From Macrostomum hystrix (taxonomy: Eukaryota > Animalia > Platyhelminthes), in NCBI GenBank assembly GCA_950097015.1, contig CATNEN010000002.1:9238001-9302000 (forward strand): a stretch of DNA of 64,000 nt, in the 5' to 3' direction. The notes under the pieces are model-generated. The model made no database searches. It was given only the letters and a program-made list of their open reading frames with translations, and was not told where the DNA came from. Below are positions 35,391 through 48,559 of this stretch, piece by piece; position 1 is the stretch's first letter, and each line of letters begins with the position of its first letter. The position numbers and the translations under genes are program-made.

Positions 35391-38300
35391 TCACGCCTGC
35401 GGCGCATGCAAATGCTGCTGCGCGCGACGTCTGCTGCCGGACTTTTGCTGCTGCTGCTGCTGCTGCTCAGATCGCGTCAGCTTCTTCCGCCTGCGGCGCC
35501 TGAAAAAGCAGCATTTCGCGTCGCCGTCATTTTCGTCTTCAAAATCGTCGTCTGCGCCATCAGCAGCCCCTGTTATCGGCTCGCACGACTGCCCGGCCGC
35601 GTCGCCTCCACCGACCTGGTCGAAGGCCACCGACGTGATCACCTGCCGGAGGGGAGTCGGCGGCGGTGTGGTGTAGTAGTGGCGGCTGAAGTGCTGGCGG
35701 CTGAGAACTTCGTGGCCTTGGGCAACATGGACTTGGGAGAGTGGATAAGGGCAGTTACAGGCTGGGATAGGGGCAGTTACAGGCTGGGTTAGGGGCACTT
35801 ACAGGCTGGGGTATGGGGCAGTTACAGGCTGGGGTAGGGGCAGTTACAGGCTGGGGTAGGGGCAGTTACAGGCTGGGGTAGGGGCAGTTACAGACTGGGG
35901 TAGGGGCAGTTACAGGCTGGGTTAGGGGCACTTACAGGCTGGGGTATGGGGCAGTTACAGGCTGGGGTAGGGGCAGTTACAGGCTGGGGTAGGGGCAGTT
36001 ACAGGCTGGGGTATGGGGCAGTTACAGGCTGCGGTATGGGGCAGTTACAGGCTGGGGTATGGGCAGTTACAGGCTGGGGTAGGGGCAGTTACAGGCTGGG
36101 GTAGGGGCACTTATTTAAATTACAGAACCCTTAAATAGAGAATCAAATATTTCTACTGCAAGTGCAGGGGGTAAGGGGTTAGCAAATCAGGCAGTTGCGG
36201 AGTTTCTCAAAGTTAAATCGAACGGTTTGTTATAAATATAATAAACTTTGACTGTAATTTACTAATTTACAGCAAAAACAGTTTAACAAATAAACAAATA
36301 ACAATAGGAACATCTCAATTTTTCTTATTTTAAACACATTTGAAATTTTAAATCACAGCAAGAATATTAACTTCGCCATTAAAAAAACTGGGAAATCTTA
36401 AACTAATCACTGACTGGAGCCTTCCGTACACGGCTGTTGTTCTGATTTTGTGTGCCAAGCGATTCTTCCAACAATGCTGTGCCAGGATGCGAGGCGTCGG
36501 TCTGCGAGCGATACGGACTCGGGCGTTGGGACACTGCAGCATGCAAACTGAGGAACAGCTGATACCCTGTCTAACAGCTGATACCCTGTCTAACAGCTGA
36601 TACCCTGTCTAACAGCTGATACCCTGTCTAACAGCTGATACCCTGTCTAACAGCTGATACCCTGTCTAACAGCTGTTACCGTCTAACAGCTGATACCCTG
36701 TCTAACAGCTGATACCCTGTCTAACAGCTGATACCCTGTCTAACAGCTGATACCCTGTCTAACAGCTGTTACCCTGTCTAACAGCTGATACCCTGTCTAA
36801 CAGCTGTTACCCTGTCTAACAGCTGATACCCTGTCTAACAGCTGATACCTGTCTAACAGCTGATACCTGTCTAACAGCTGATACCCTGTCTAACAGCTGA
36901 TTCCTGTCTAACAGCTGATTTTCCCATGTTTAAAAGATGAAGTCCCAGTCAAAATGTATGAGTTGATGAACCTGAGCATAGAGCTTAAACATGCGGATAT
37001 AAACAGGTTTTTGGTTCTAATTACGAATCCCAAATCGTTTGCTGATATTATTTTTCACTTTCTCGCGCCTGTTTTTTTCTTTCAAATTAGTCGCACAAAT
37101 TAAGAATTCACAAGGCACAATTAGTTATTGAAGGAAAAATTACTTCGCTGTTATTGTTCATTAGACAGTTTTCAGATGATTCATTAAAGGGATAGAAGCG
37201 AAGCGATAATCGCACCGCACTACTCTACTGGCAGTAGCCAGTGTGGCAAGCAGTTTTTACCATTCTATCAGTGTCAGCGCTGCACTCAAATGCCCGATTG
37301 TGGTCAGGCACTGGCGGATAGTGGCTGGTCCGATCGCGAAATCTTTGCAACTGCTGTTGCTGCTGCTGCTGTTTGTTTTAGTTAAACACAACAATAATTT
37401 TACTCGAGAACTACATCTTTAGGTGCATGAAAACGAGTAAGAGAATAAATAATAGCCATGGTTGAGTGGGTAAAACAGCAAAGTGGGTGAAAGTCAGTGG
37501 CCAGCGCACAGCTGTAAGTACACAGGGTTTAGCGTACAACTAGTGAAGGCAGGATAGGTTAGAATTAGGCTATATTAGTAAGTGCTGGCGGTACCTGGAC
37601 TGAAGCGGCTGCGTTAAGGCCCTGCTGATTTGCCTGTAGGTCAATTGTTATATTGGGCAACCTTAAATAAAGAGACAGCATTCAGAAACGAAGCGGAAGG
37701 ACAGAGCGGAAGACTTCAAAGACCGAGAGCGGAAGACTTCAAAGACTGAGAGCGGGAGACTTCAAAGACTGAGAGCGGGAGACTTCAAAGACTGAGAGCG
37801 GAAGACTTCAAAGACTGAGAGCGGGAGACTTCAAAGACTGAGAGCGGGAGACTTCAAAGACTGAGAGCGGGAGACTTCAAAGACTGAGAGCGGGAGACTT
37901 CAAAGACTGAGAGCGGGAGACTTCAAAGACTGAGAGTGGGAGACTTCAAAGACTGAGAGCGGGAGACTTCAAAGACTGAGAGCGGGAGACTTCAAAGACT
38001 GAGAGCGGGAGACTTCAAAGACTGAGAGCGGGAGACTTCAAAGACTGAGAGCGGGAGACTTCAAAGACTGAGAGCGGAAGACTTTAAAGTCTTCTAGACA
38101 GGAGATTCATTAAGGACAATGAAACTTAAAGTTACAAAAAGTAACCTTTATCACGATAAAGTTAAAAAGCAATGCAAGAGAATGAAGACCGCTCACCCTC
38201 TGAGCTGACGCTCCGAGCTTGGCCTTCCCGTCCGCATCGGCTCCACCGCTGACTGGAGTGCCCTGAAAAAATGTTCTCGTTTTGTTTATCTCACAACTTT

Positions 38301-41300
38301 AAGTAGGCTATCGAAGATTTAGTCCGTCATTTTGCAAAAGCAACTAGTGCGGGCCCTCACAGTCTGGTCCTGCCTGGACAGCCAATCGAATTCCCAGTCG
38401 CAGGTCCAGCCGTTCTTTGCCAGCAGGCCGGTGAACATGGAGCGCAGCAAGCCGTAGTCCGGTGTCTGATAGAAGTCAAGGCCGCGCGCGTAACGCAGGT
38501 AACTGGCCAGCTCCTCTGCGATTGGCGGAGGAGTGGTAAATACGAGACGTGAGAGTCCGTGAGACAGGTCATGAGAGTCCGTGTGAGACAGGTCATGAGA
38601 GTCTGAGACAGGTCATGAGAGTCTGAGACAGGTCATGAGAGTCTGAGACAGGTCATGAGAGACCGTGTGAGACAGGTCATGAGAGACCGTGTGAGACAGG
38701 TCATGAGAGACCGTGTGAGACAGGTCATGAGAGACCGTGTGAGACAGGTCATGAGAGACCGTGTGAGACAGGTCATGAGAGACCGTGTGAGACAGGTCAT
38801 GAGAGACCGTGTGAGACAGGTCATGAGAGACCGTGTGAGACAGGTCATGAGAGTCTGAGACAGGTCATGAGAGACCGTGTGGGACAGGTCATGAGAGACC
38901 GTGTGGGACAGGTCATGAGAGTCCGTGTGAGACAGGTCATGAGAGTCTGAGACAGGTCATGAGAGACTGTGTGGGACAGGTCATGAGAGACCGTGTGGGA
39001 CAGGTCATGAGAGACCGTGTGAGACAGGTCATGAGAGACCGTGTGAGACAGGTCATGAGAGACCGTGTGAGACAGGTCATGAGAGACCGTGTGAGACAGG
39101 TCATGAGAGACCGTGTGAGACAGGTCATGAGAGACCGTGTGAGACAGGTCATGAGAGACCGTGTGAGACAGGTCATGAGAGACCGTGTAGGACAGGTCAT
39201 GAGAGACCGTGTGAGACAGGTCATGAGAGACCGTGTAGGACAGGTCATGAGAGACCGTGTGAGACAGGTCATGAGAGACCGTGTGAGACAGGTCATGAGA
39301 GACCGTGTGAGACAGGTCATGAGAGACCGTGTGAGACAGGTCATGAGAGACCGTGTGAGACAGGTCATGAGAGACCGTGTAGGACAGGTCATGAGAGACC
39401 GTGTGAGACAGGTCATGAGAGACCGTGTGAGACAGGTCATGAGAGACCGTGTGAGACAGGTCATGAGAGACCGTGTGAGACAGGTCATGAGAGACCGTGT
39501 GAGACAGGTCATGAGAGACCGTGTAGGACAGGTCATGAGAGACCGTGTGAGACAGGTCATGAGAGACCGTGTGAGACAGGTCATGAGAGACCGTGTGAGA
39601 CAGGTCATGAGAGACCGTGTAGGACAGGTCATGAGAGACTGTGTGAGACAGGTCATGAGAGACCGTGTGAGACAGGTCATGAGAGTCTGAGACAGGTCAT
39701 GAGAGTCTGAGACAGGTCATGAGAGTCTGAGACAGGTCATGAGAGTCTGAGACAGGTCATGAGAGTCTGAGACAGGTCATGAGTGTCTGAGACAGGTCAT
39801 GAGAGTATGACACTCACCGGGGAAGCCCTCGCACAGAACCTCAATAGGCGTGGCCCTCTTAGTATCGCCAATCTTCTGATACCGTTCTTTCAGATTGTCG
39901 GCCTTGAGGCCCTGCCATGGCAGGCTGCCCCGCAGGAAGTACATGAACATGTGGCCCAGGGCCTCCAAATCGTCACGGCGGGATTGCTCTGCGGTGAAAC
40001 GTGGGGGCGGGTGGAATTTGAAATTTCACGCGTCGAAAGCGAATTGGGATCAGACATCCTCCAGAGGGGAAGCCAAAGTGAAATGGAATTCTTAAAGATT
40101 TAAAAAACTTGGTTCAAGCTCATATTTTACGATTATAAACGATGGAGATTGACTTCGGTTGGCTTGCGATCTCTAAGGGGAGAATAAATAGGAAACATGA
40201 ATGCCCTGCTCCTCGGAAGGCAAGAAGGATGCAGAAGAAGAGAAATGGAGGGAGGGAGAGAGAGAGGGTGAGATGGAGTTACAGGGAGAGGGTAGGAATG
40301 ACACAGGTGGTGAGAAGGAGACACAGGTGGTGAGAAGGAGACACAGGTGGTGAGAAGGAGACACAGGGAGAGGGTGAGATGGAGACACAGGGAGAGGGTG
40401 AGATGGAGACACAGGGAGAGGGTGAGATGGAGACACAGGGAGAGGGTGAGATGGAGACACAGGGAGAGGGTGAGATGGAGACACAGGGAGAGGGTGAGAT
40501 GGAGACACAGGGAGAGGTTGAGATGGAGACACAGGGAGAGGGTGAGATTGAGACACAGGGAGAGGGTGAGATGGAGACACAGGGAGATGTTGAGATGGAG
40601 ACACAGGGAGAGGGTGAGATGGAGACACAGGGAGAGGGTGAGATGGAGACACAGGGAGATGGTGAGATGGAGACACAGGGAGAGGGTGAGATGGAGACAC
40701 AGGGAGAGGTTGAGATGGAGACACAGGGAGAGGGTGAGATGGAGACACAGGGAGAGGGTGAGATGGAGACACAGGGAGATGGTGAGAAGGAGACACAGGT
40801 GGTGAGAAGGAGACACAGGGAGAGATGGAGACACAGGGAGAGATGGAGACACAGGGAGAGGGTGAGATGGAGACACAGGGAGAGGGTGAGATGGAGACAC
40901 AGGGAGAGGGTGAGATGGAGACACAGGGAGAGGGTGAGATGGAGACACAGGTGGTGAGAAGGAGACACAGGGAGAGGGTGAGAAGGAGAAACAGGGAGAG
41001 GGTGAGAAGGAGACACAGGGGAGGGAGAGAAGAAGACACAGGGGAGGGAGAGAAGGAGACTAAGGGAGAGAGGTAAATGGTAAAGGAATAGGTCGGGTAA
41101 AACATGAATCTGAAGTGCATATAATGATCAGTAGAATGAGCAGGCAGCTCTGAGCAGACTCACCCTTGCCTAAATGCGTGTTAATACTCATGTAGCGGGC
41201 TGTGCCTGTCAGGCTCTTGTGCTCCCTGTAGGGAATGTGCTTGCCGGTATCGCGCTCGAGGTACTCCTTGGCGAGTCCGAAGTCGATGATATGGATGATG

Positions 41301-42575
41301 TTCTGTTTGCGGGTGGTCTGACGGCCAATCAGAAAATTCTCCGGCTTAATGTCCCGGTAGATGAGCCGGTGGGAATGAACGTACTCAATGCGGTTGAGCT
41401 GCGCGTCAGGAGCAGGGGACAGGAGGATGAGCTAGACTAGCCACGTCAGCCAATAAGAGTGACAGACCAGCCATGTCAGCCAATCAGAGTGACAGACCAG
41501 CCATGTCAGCCAATCAGAGTGACAGACCAGCCATGTCAGCCAATAAGAGTGACAGACCAGCCATGTCAGCCAATAAGAGTGACAGACCAGCAATGTCAGC
41601 CAATAAGAGTGACAGACCAGCCATGTCAGCCAATAAGAGTGACAGACCAGCCATGTCAGCCAATAAGAGTGACAGACCCAAATTTTGCAATCTACTGTAT
41701 CTCCAAAAAATTCAACCAGTCACCATGAAAATCCAGAACACGGGCTAAAAGTTTCCGCTCTATCCCATAAACCAACTTCTAGAATCACAAAACATCGACA
41801 TTGTTGAATATATCGACATCACGTGTGACATCACAATATGTCGGACGGCAATGAAAGTTAGTTTATCGAAAAGAGCGAAAACATTTGATCCAGATGGTGG
41901 ACTTTCACAAAAATCGGTCATTCGATTTGGGACCTATCGAACAGTAAGCTTTATCTGACAGTCAGGCTTATCTGACAGTCAGGCTTATCTGACAGTCAGG
42001 TTTATCTGACAGTCAGGCTTATCTGACAGTCAGGTTTATCTGACAGTCAGGCTTATCTGACAGTCAGGCTTATCTGACAGTCAGGTTTATCTGACAGTCA
42101 GGTATATCATATCCAAGTTAAAATCAGTACTCACCAGTTGCACAGCGATCATGAGCACAGTCTTAAGACTGAAATGGCGGTCGCAGATATCAAACAGGTC
42201 CTCCAAGGAGGGCCCTAGCAGCTCCATGACCAAGGCATTATACTTGTGAGTTGGGCCGAAGTAGAAGACCTGAGGAAGGCCCTCTGCTTGGCCCATCTCG
42301 CTGTAGAAGCGGAATTCGAGGTGCAGCTGAGGCGCCCGCGACTTCAATGGCTCCAGCTTGACGGCCACGTGCTCGTTGTTGTACAAGTTCTTACCCAGCC
42401 GGAGCTCACCAAAATTGCCGCTGCCAATCTTCTTGCCGACTTTAAAGTTCGGCCCAACCATTAGGAAGGCTTCGCCGCGTGAGGGCCCGCCGGGCAATCC
42501 GGAGCCGGAGTTGCTGGCGCCCGCAGGGTGCCGGTTGTTGTTGGCCCCGGAGCCGGGGCGCTGCAGGTTGCTCAT
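35391..42575 (-). CDS. CSNK1G: Casein kinase I gamma (gilgamesh ortholog), 7 exons, about 452 aa
   Basis: Exons 42135-42575, 41164-41398, 39818-39988, 38361-38515, 38197-38262, 37595-37633, 35391-35642 (1359 nt). Motifs [69 protein letters not shown], and the gamma-specific palmitoylation tail [12 protein letters not shown]. Confidence 0.96.
35745..36110. repeat. G-rich 22-bp minisatellite (gggcagttacaggctggggtag), about 17 copies, CK1gamma intron 6
   Basis: Direct inspection. Confidence 0.95.
36555..36920. repeat. 19-bp minisatellite (aacagctgataccctgtct), about 19 copies, CK1gamma intron 6
   Basis: Direct inspection. Confidence 0.95.
37700..38090. repeat. 23-bp minisatellite (gagacttcaaagactgagagcgg), about 17 copies, CK1gamma intron 5
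   Basis: Direct inspection. Confidence 0.95.
38555..39810. repeat. 24-bp minisatellite (gacaggtcatgagagaccgtgtga) with 20-bp variants at the edges, about 53 copies, CK1gamma intron 3
   Basis: Direct inspection. Confidence 0.97.
40290..41050. repeat. Purine-rich 24-bp minisatellite (gatggagacacagggagagggtga), about 31 copies, CK1gamma intron 2
   Basis: Direct inspection. Confidence 0.95.
41445..41680. repeat. 30-bp minisatellite (gccatgtcagccaataagagtgacagacca), about 8 copies, CK1gamma intron 1
   Basis: Direct inspection. Confidence 0.94.
41740..41945. mobile_element. Foldback/MITE-like dispersed repeat, family C
   Basis: Imperfect inverted repeats (aagtttccgctctatcccataaaccaactt ... aagttagtttatcgaaaagagcgaaaacattt) around a central cacgtg. 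Homologous to 57860-58060 and 63555-63740. Confidence 0.55.
41950..42105. repeat. 17-bp minisatellite (ttatctgacagtcaggc), about 9 copies, CK1gamma intron 1
   Basis: Direct inspection. Confidence 0.94.
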
Positions 42576-45500
42576 CTGACTGACGCAATCAGCTGGCGGG
42601 GTGGCCTGCGCGCAGCTGGCTGCAGATTGGAGGAGATGCGTGGGCAGTAAGTGAGATCATATTTTCCGAATTTCACGACTGGAAATCGCTAGTTAAGTAA
42701 TTATCTTTCAGATATTTTGCAGCTAGACATATTTTGGTAATGTGGTATTTTGTAAGGTTTATTATATAAGCTCATAAGATGCATATGCTTGTTAATAATG
42801 TTAAGCGGGTATACAAACATTTCCTTTCTAAACAATGAACTAAAACTTTAAGCTTTAACTATTATGTCTAATCTGTTTAAATAAAGTTAGCAATTTTTTT
42901 TCTAGAATTGTGTAGATTTATATACAACTATCAGGAGTAATGCAAAATTTACTGCTGAAAGTTGCTTCAGCAAAGGTTATAACTTTTGATTAGGAAAATC
43001 CTGATGGACTTAAACCATAAACAGAAACAACCAAGCCATTAAGCTTAAAAATATAGTTTTCTGAAAAAAAATTACATGTATATGTAGAATATCTATCTAT
43101 CTATCTATTAGCAGGGGGGCCTGAGGCACTTGTTGCACAAGTGACGGAGCGGCACACCCCCAGACTGGCGAACTAGGCGCTTAGTGCCCATCGCGCCACC
43201 TCCCCTGAGCAGGCACCACATAGCAGCACAGACCAGCCGGGGAGGGCAGGAGGCACCCAGAATAGGCAGCAATGCCCCCACCCCAGCCCCACACGCCCAG
43301 AGCAGACCAAGCTGGGGGGAAGGCTGATATGAAATCAGTCCTCAGGGGGGGGCCGGGTGATGAGTGTACACTTATCCAATCACGCTGATGGAAATCCAGA
43401 AAGCGCACGGCGGTGTACACCCGCCCCCCAGCCACCCCCCAAGGCCTCATGCCCCAGCGCCAATGCACACAACTCACACAACGCAGAACAGCCACACAGA
43501 AGGTAGGAGCGAAGCTATTATTTCAAGCTTTGATTGCACGAAATATGGTGCACCTCCGCTGGTTGCTACTGTCCAAACCCCCCAACAAGTCCCAAAATTA
43601 ATTGTGACTTGAAGGGAGAATCGAACAAGCATCCATTGGAGTATGAGGCAGCGACGCTAGCGGCTGATCCACTCGCCCCTACATGTAGAATATAGTCTTC
43701 TTTACATTTGAAATTTTCTTCTGACTGATCACTAATAAATTGTTTTCTTTTATTAGTTAGCAATCACAACCAACTATTATTGCTAAATTTGGAATGAAAT
43801 TTTAATTCTAACAAGATATAATATAAATTATAACAAGCCTAGGCAGACCAGATGTAATGCTCGTGGTAAAGCTATAACAATTACTTGGTGCTCTTAAAAG
43901 CTATGTAGCTATATTTTTATATCCTTGGACTAGGGAGGTGACCACTTTACCTAGATTCTATACAAACTAGTTGGCTAGCAATATTATTGCACTTGACTAA
44001 ATTAAAAAGCAATCCAATTAAATTTAGCACTAGGGAATACAATTTCTAGTTCACAGATACAATTTACTTCCTATATAATTATTTTGTTAGTGTCAATCAC
44101 CATTTAGGCACTATACACTTTACTTATATAAATGACCAAAGACTTTTATCAACTTTCGTCTTTCTGTACTGCATGACCCATTACTATGATGTGTAATACT
44201 GTTTATAAAGTGCTATGACCTGTTTTACTGCTTTAATAAACTTGCTCTAGTTTCTTTGCTTACAATTTGGGGTCAAAATAATTAAACATGGGAAACTATG
44301 ACATTGTTTTTTACACGATTTTTTACCCTGATAGTGAACAAAGTAGCCATAAAATATGCTTTGGAATACCTGATTAATTACTATATTAATTATAGTATAG
44401 TTATAGAATACTTATAACATTAATAGTTATAAAATTACATTTTAGTTTTAGCAAAAAACTAAAATTTACAAAATCTGAATAAAAAAAATTGAATAAAAAA
44501 TATTCTGTGCTGTATTATCAATTAAACATGTATTATTCATTACCTTACTGTAAATTTTTACTATAAAAATCTAAAGTTAGCTGCTGAGAGCACAAGGTAG
44601 TGTAATTGTCTGTTAAAGTATTAGACTCAATCCAATACGAACTTTTAAAACCAACATCAAAACAAATTATAGGTTCTACATTTTAATTCCTGTATAACCT
44701 AACTTCAATGCTCACGTCCACTATTATCAAACAAAATGATTGATAGAAAATGCTTTAAATAAAGCAATATAAAATATAAAAAAAGACCTCGGCATATGTT
44801 TTGTGTGCATTGGCTCTCGGTTGTCGTATAATTAAAACCATTTTGTTTTAACTGTTTTTCGGTACAATTGTATTGTCCGAAAGTACACTGTATACAAAGG
44901 ACTACTCAATAGCTCATTGAACAATTATCCAGAAATTTCAAATCTTTATTACTGTATAGAACAGCAAATATAAAATAGCACTTTACGCTTTTTACTAACA
45001 CCACTGCTTTAAGTACGAAAATATTTTTTCTTGGCCATGTACATTACAGTACAGTAGATCCCAACGGTTCTCTCGACAATAACACAAAATCTACACACCT
45101 ATTCTTTACACTTTACAGCTTCCCTGGAAATTATGAGTCATAGAATGTACATTATTATATTTGTTTGGTTTCCGCGTATTCTCGGTGCCTAGTCGTGCTT
45201 TTCGGTGCCAGGCTTTAATTTGTGCCTGGTCAATTGTTTTTCGGTACCTTAATTTTTAATGCCTTTCGGTTCCCACAAATACAATGACGTATAAGACATT
45301 ACATAAAATTACAATGCATCATTTGCGGTGTGTCTGTCCTGTTGTTTTGTTTTTTTCAATGCATCAAACCGTTTTTGTTGTTGTAAAACTCGTATAGCTG
45401 GCAACCGTTGTAATTCCAATTGTTACTAATACAGTAGCGAGTTTTGAGTAGTGTATCACGTGCATGTACATGTACATAAAGGTAGCGTATTTTTCATTCA

Positions 45501-48500
45501 AAACATATAAAGCTCAGAAGTTATCTAAAAACATCCGATCAGGGAGATCACCTCAAGCAGGATTTAACGTGTGCATATGGGCGAAGTGTTGCCGATATAA
45601 GTGCAGAGTTTGAACACGCAAACACAATGTAAACACAAAGAGCAGACACTGTCATCCTCCTGTAGCCAGTGCGGCCACAGCACGATCAATCACAGCCACG
45701 GAGTAGGCCCTATGAGCATTTTTACACATGAAACTCAATTAATCGCGGAAACTGTGTGCTGCAGGCGCACCAGCAAAGTTCAACCGCCAATTCGATCGCC
45801 CCTGCCTGAACAAGTCGCTCAGGCAGCAATTACCGGGACAGGTAATGTGTGAGGCCAAAAGAGCCTCAGTCAATGGAGTTTGAGGTGGACTCAACTGAGA
45901 ATGGCATGCCTGCGAGTTTCCTAAGGCTCGTTTATCACCACTGTTAATTATTATTTTATTATTTTTATTTGTTTATTACTAAGTACTGAGCATTACTAGT
46001 GCACGGCAGGCGTCACCGATATCAGACCATTAATTTATCCTGTATTCAGCCAGCAAATACATTATTTGATAGAATAGTATACAAAGCTTCGAATTCAGGA
46101 AATTTTACCTAGGATTCCTATTAGAATAGGCCTGCGCAAACTAGCTCGCAGAGAGAATGTTCTTAATTTAAAGGATATTACATTCACATTACATGAATGT
46201 TCTGTACAGTACATTATCTGTGCCATTTTGCTTGTACATTTATAAGAGTACGAGCTATTTAAGTGTACGCGCAAAACAATTGCCTCAATAGATAAATAGA
46301 AAGACAGAAGTCTAATGTGCACAATAGATAGACTAAAACTTTTTAGTGTTTCCAAAATGAGTATGATTCTACGCTAAAGTATTTCATCCAAAGAGCAGCA
46401 TGGAGACAAGCTTAACAACATAGATTTCGTATTTTCTACGAGCAAGACACGTTCACTTCAACAGTTCTCACTCAGCCAGGGCTCATACTGTTTATTCCAA
46501 TGTCCACTCTCGGCAGCTCAGCATTCGTGAAGTGGCAGCTGCCGCAGGAGTTCGACGCTCCGATGCCAAATGCACGACGCCAGCAGCTGAGCGATGAGTT
46601 TCGACGCAATTTCGGACCCCAGTCGACCGGCAAGAGACCCATCACAGGTGCAAAATGTGTAATTTCGATAAGAATACAAGTACATGAACTTTGGGGGCTC
46701 TTCAATATAGCGATCGAAAGTACTGCCGAAATATTTTTTAGAGAAAGTACAAAAAAATGAGGCTAATCAGCCATCATCCGGGGCCAAGACGCCTGGCAAA
46801 TTCGAAGGGAAGTCGGCTCTTAGCGTTGCCCTGACAACACTTAAGCTGCCTGAGTTCACGGAGCCCAGGGTAAGTATAGCACCTATTGAATTTGTCTAGT
46901 TGCAGTTAAGGTGCATTTTGATTGCCAAAAAACATTCCAGAGCTCCGGTGTCGGTGTCAACTCGCACATCCTAGCACGAGCGCAGCAGCTGGCTCACAAC
47001 GCCACCCCGGCTGAGCTGAGTGTAGTTCAGCGAGCTCTGAGACTGATGCCAAGCCAGACTAACCGAGCATCAGGAACCCCCGTTGCCGATGCCGTTGCTG
47101 TACCTGGCAGAAAAGTTGTGGAGTCGAAGGCATCATACGCGAAAAAGTAAAAATATCGTGTGTAAAAGTTTCCCCACATTTGGCATCTTTTGATGAAGAA
47201 ATGGGGAAAATCGGTTGAGCTGTTAGCGAGAAAATCAATTACAAGCAAGCAAGCAAGATTTTCATTTTTAGTATACTAGACTAGCCATTTAGCTCCCCTA
47301 GGAGTGGCCCAAAAATAATTCCCTCGTGGAAACAGGAAGGCACAAACACCGTTAGAAAACAATGCCCCTGAAACCGCATAGAACTAACATGTACCCCTTT
47401 TGCAGCGAACTAATGTCCCTATTTAGCAGACAACAATGTCTTAATGTTACAACACTATGTCACAATGCGAATTTTAATTGAACATCTCCGTTTGCAGAGT
47501 TGCCGAGGCAAAGCCACTGACCTCGACCCCAAAGCACATCAGCCAGCAAAGCCCCGACGATCGGGATAATCGCTGGCAGTTCACCAGCTGGCACGGAATG
47601 CAGCCGCAGCAGGCGCGCCAGTTGAGACGCGATACGGTCGGATCAAAAGAAACTGAGGCGCACTACCGCATCCACCCGGAGTGGGGCTGGGATGCGCCTC
47701 AGTGCTGACTGCGCGCAGAACTACAATTAAAACTTTTCAGGCGTCCGATAAAACATGAAACCTGCCATGTTGTAGTTAACTTTTTGTAGCGCCTCCATTG
47801 GGAGTGCCACAGTGAACTTGAGGATGCTACTGAAGATTTGGGACAAGGATGGTCATTTCCTTGGTCATTCTGTGGTAATTTGGTACGTTACTCGCATTAA
47901 ATCGAAATCTTTAATTAATCTTTAAAATTTATTTTCTTACGTTTATATGTTTTCGGAACAGATCATTACTGTTCTGTAGAACAAGAGCCACACAGAGAAA
48001 AGTATATTATTTTCATGCTCAAAGCGTTCAAAGAGGCTGGAAAAAGAAACAGATGATTAAGTAGCAAACATTTACGTGCTTAATCAAATGATGGTAATAT
48101 AGTTTTATATATTTATCTTTTTCACGCTTAAAATTTGATTTTTAAAGCGTTTTTAAACAAACAAAAAAATCTACAGGTTTTCTGGAAAGTAATGTCACTA
48201 AATGATGTATTAAAAAATTAATTTATAATTTAATATAACTATGCTCGTACAAGAAGTGTACCTCGTCAAAGCGTTCGTTAACCAGTTGATAGATGAAAAA
48301 TGTTTAAGCTCCATGGTGATTGGCATGTCAAAAGAAGTTAACACTTATTTCCGAGAAGTTTTTCTGCTGGAAAAAATCTGCGTGAATTGAATGTGTTCTT
48401 GGTAGACCAGTGTAACTTTATTTAATAAAAAATATATAGAAACTGTTTGAACCGGAATTAAAAAGTGCATGAGTCCCAGAAGTTCTAAGATCGTGAAATA

Positions 48501-48559
48501 CCGAGAAAACGAGATGTACTTTTTCATAATTAGGCGAAACGAATAAAACATGTACCGCT

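Noticed and set aside
32495-41050. Regularly spaced 20-30 bp repeats as CRISPR arrays
   Set aside because: They are head-to-tail with no unique spacers, there are no cas genes, and the context is eukaryotic.
38633-41120. [16 protein letters not shown] and SPSHPLPV repeat ORFs
   Set aside because: Translations of the CK1gamma intronic arrays.
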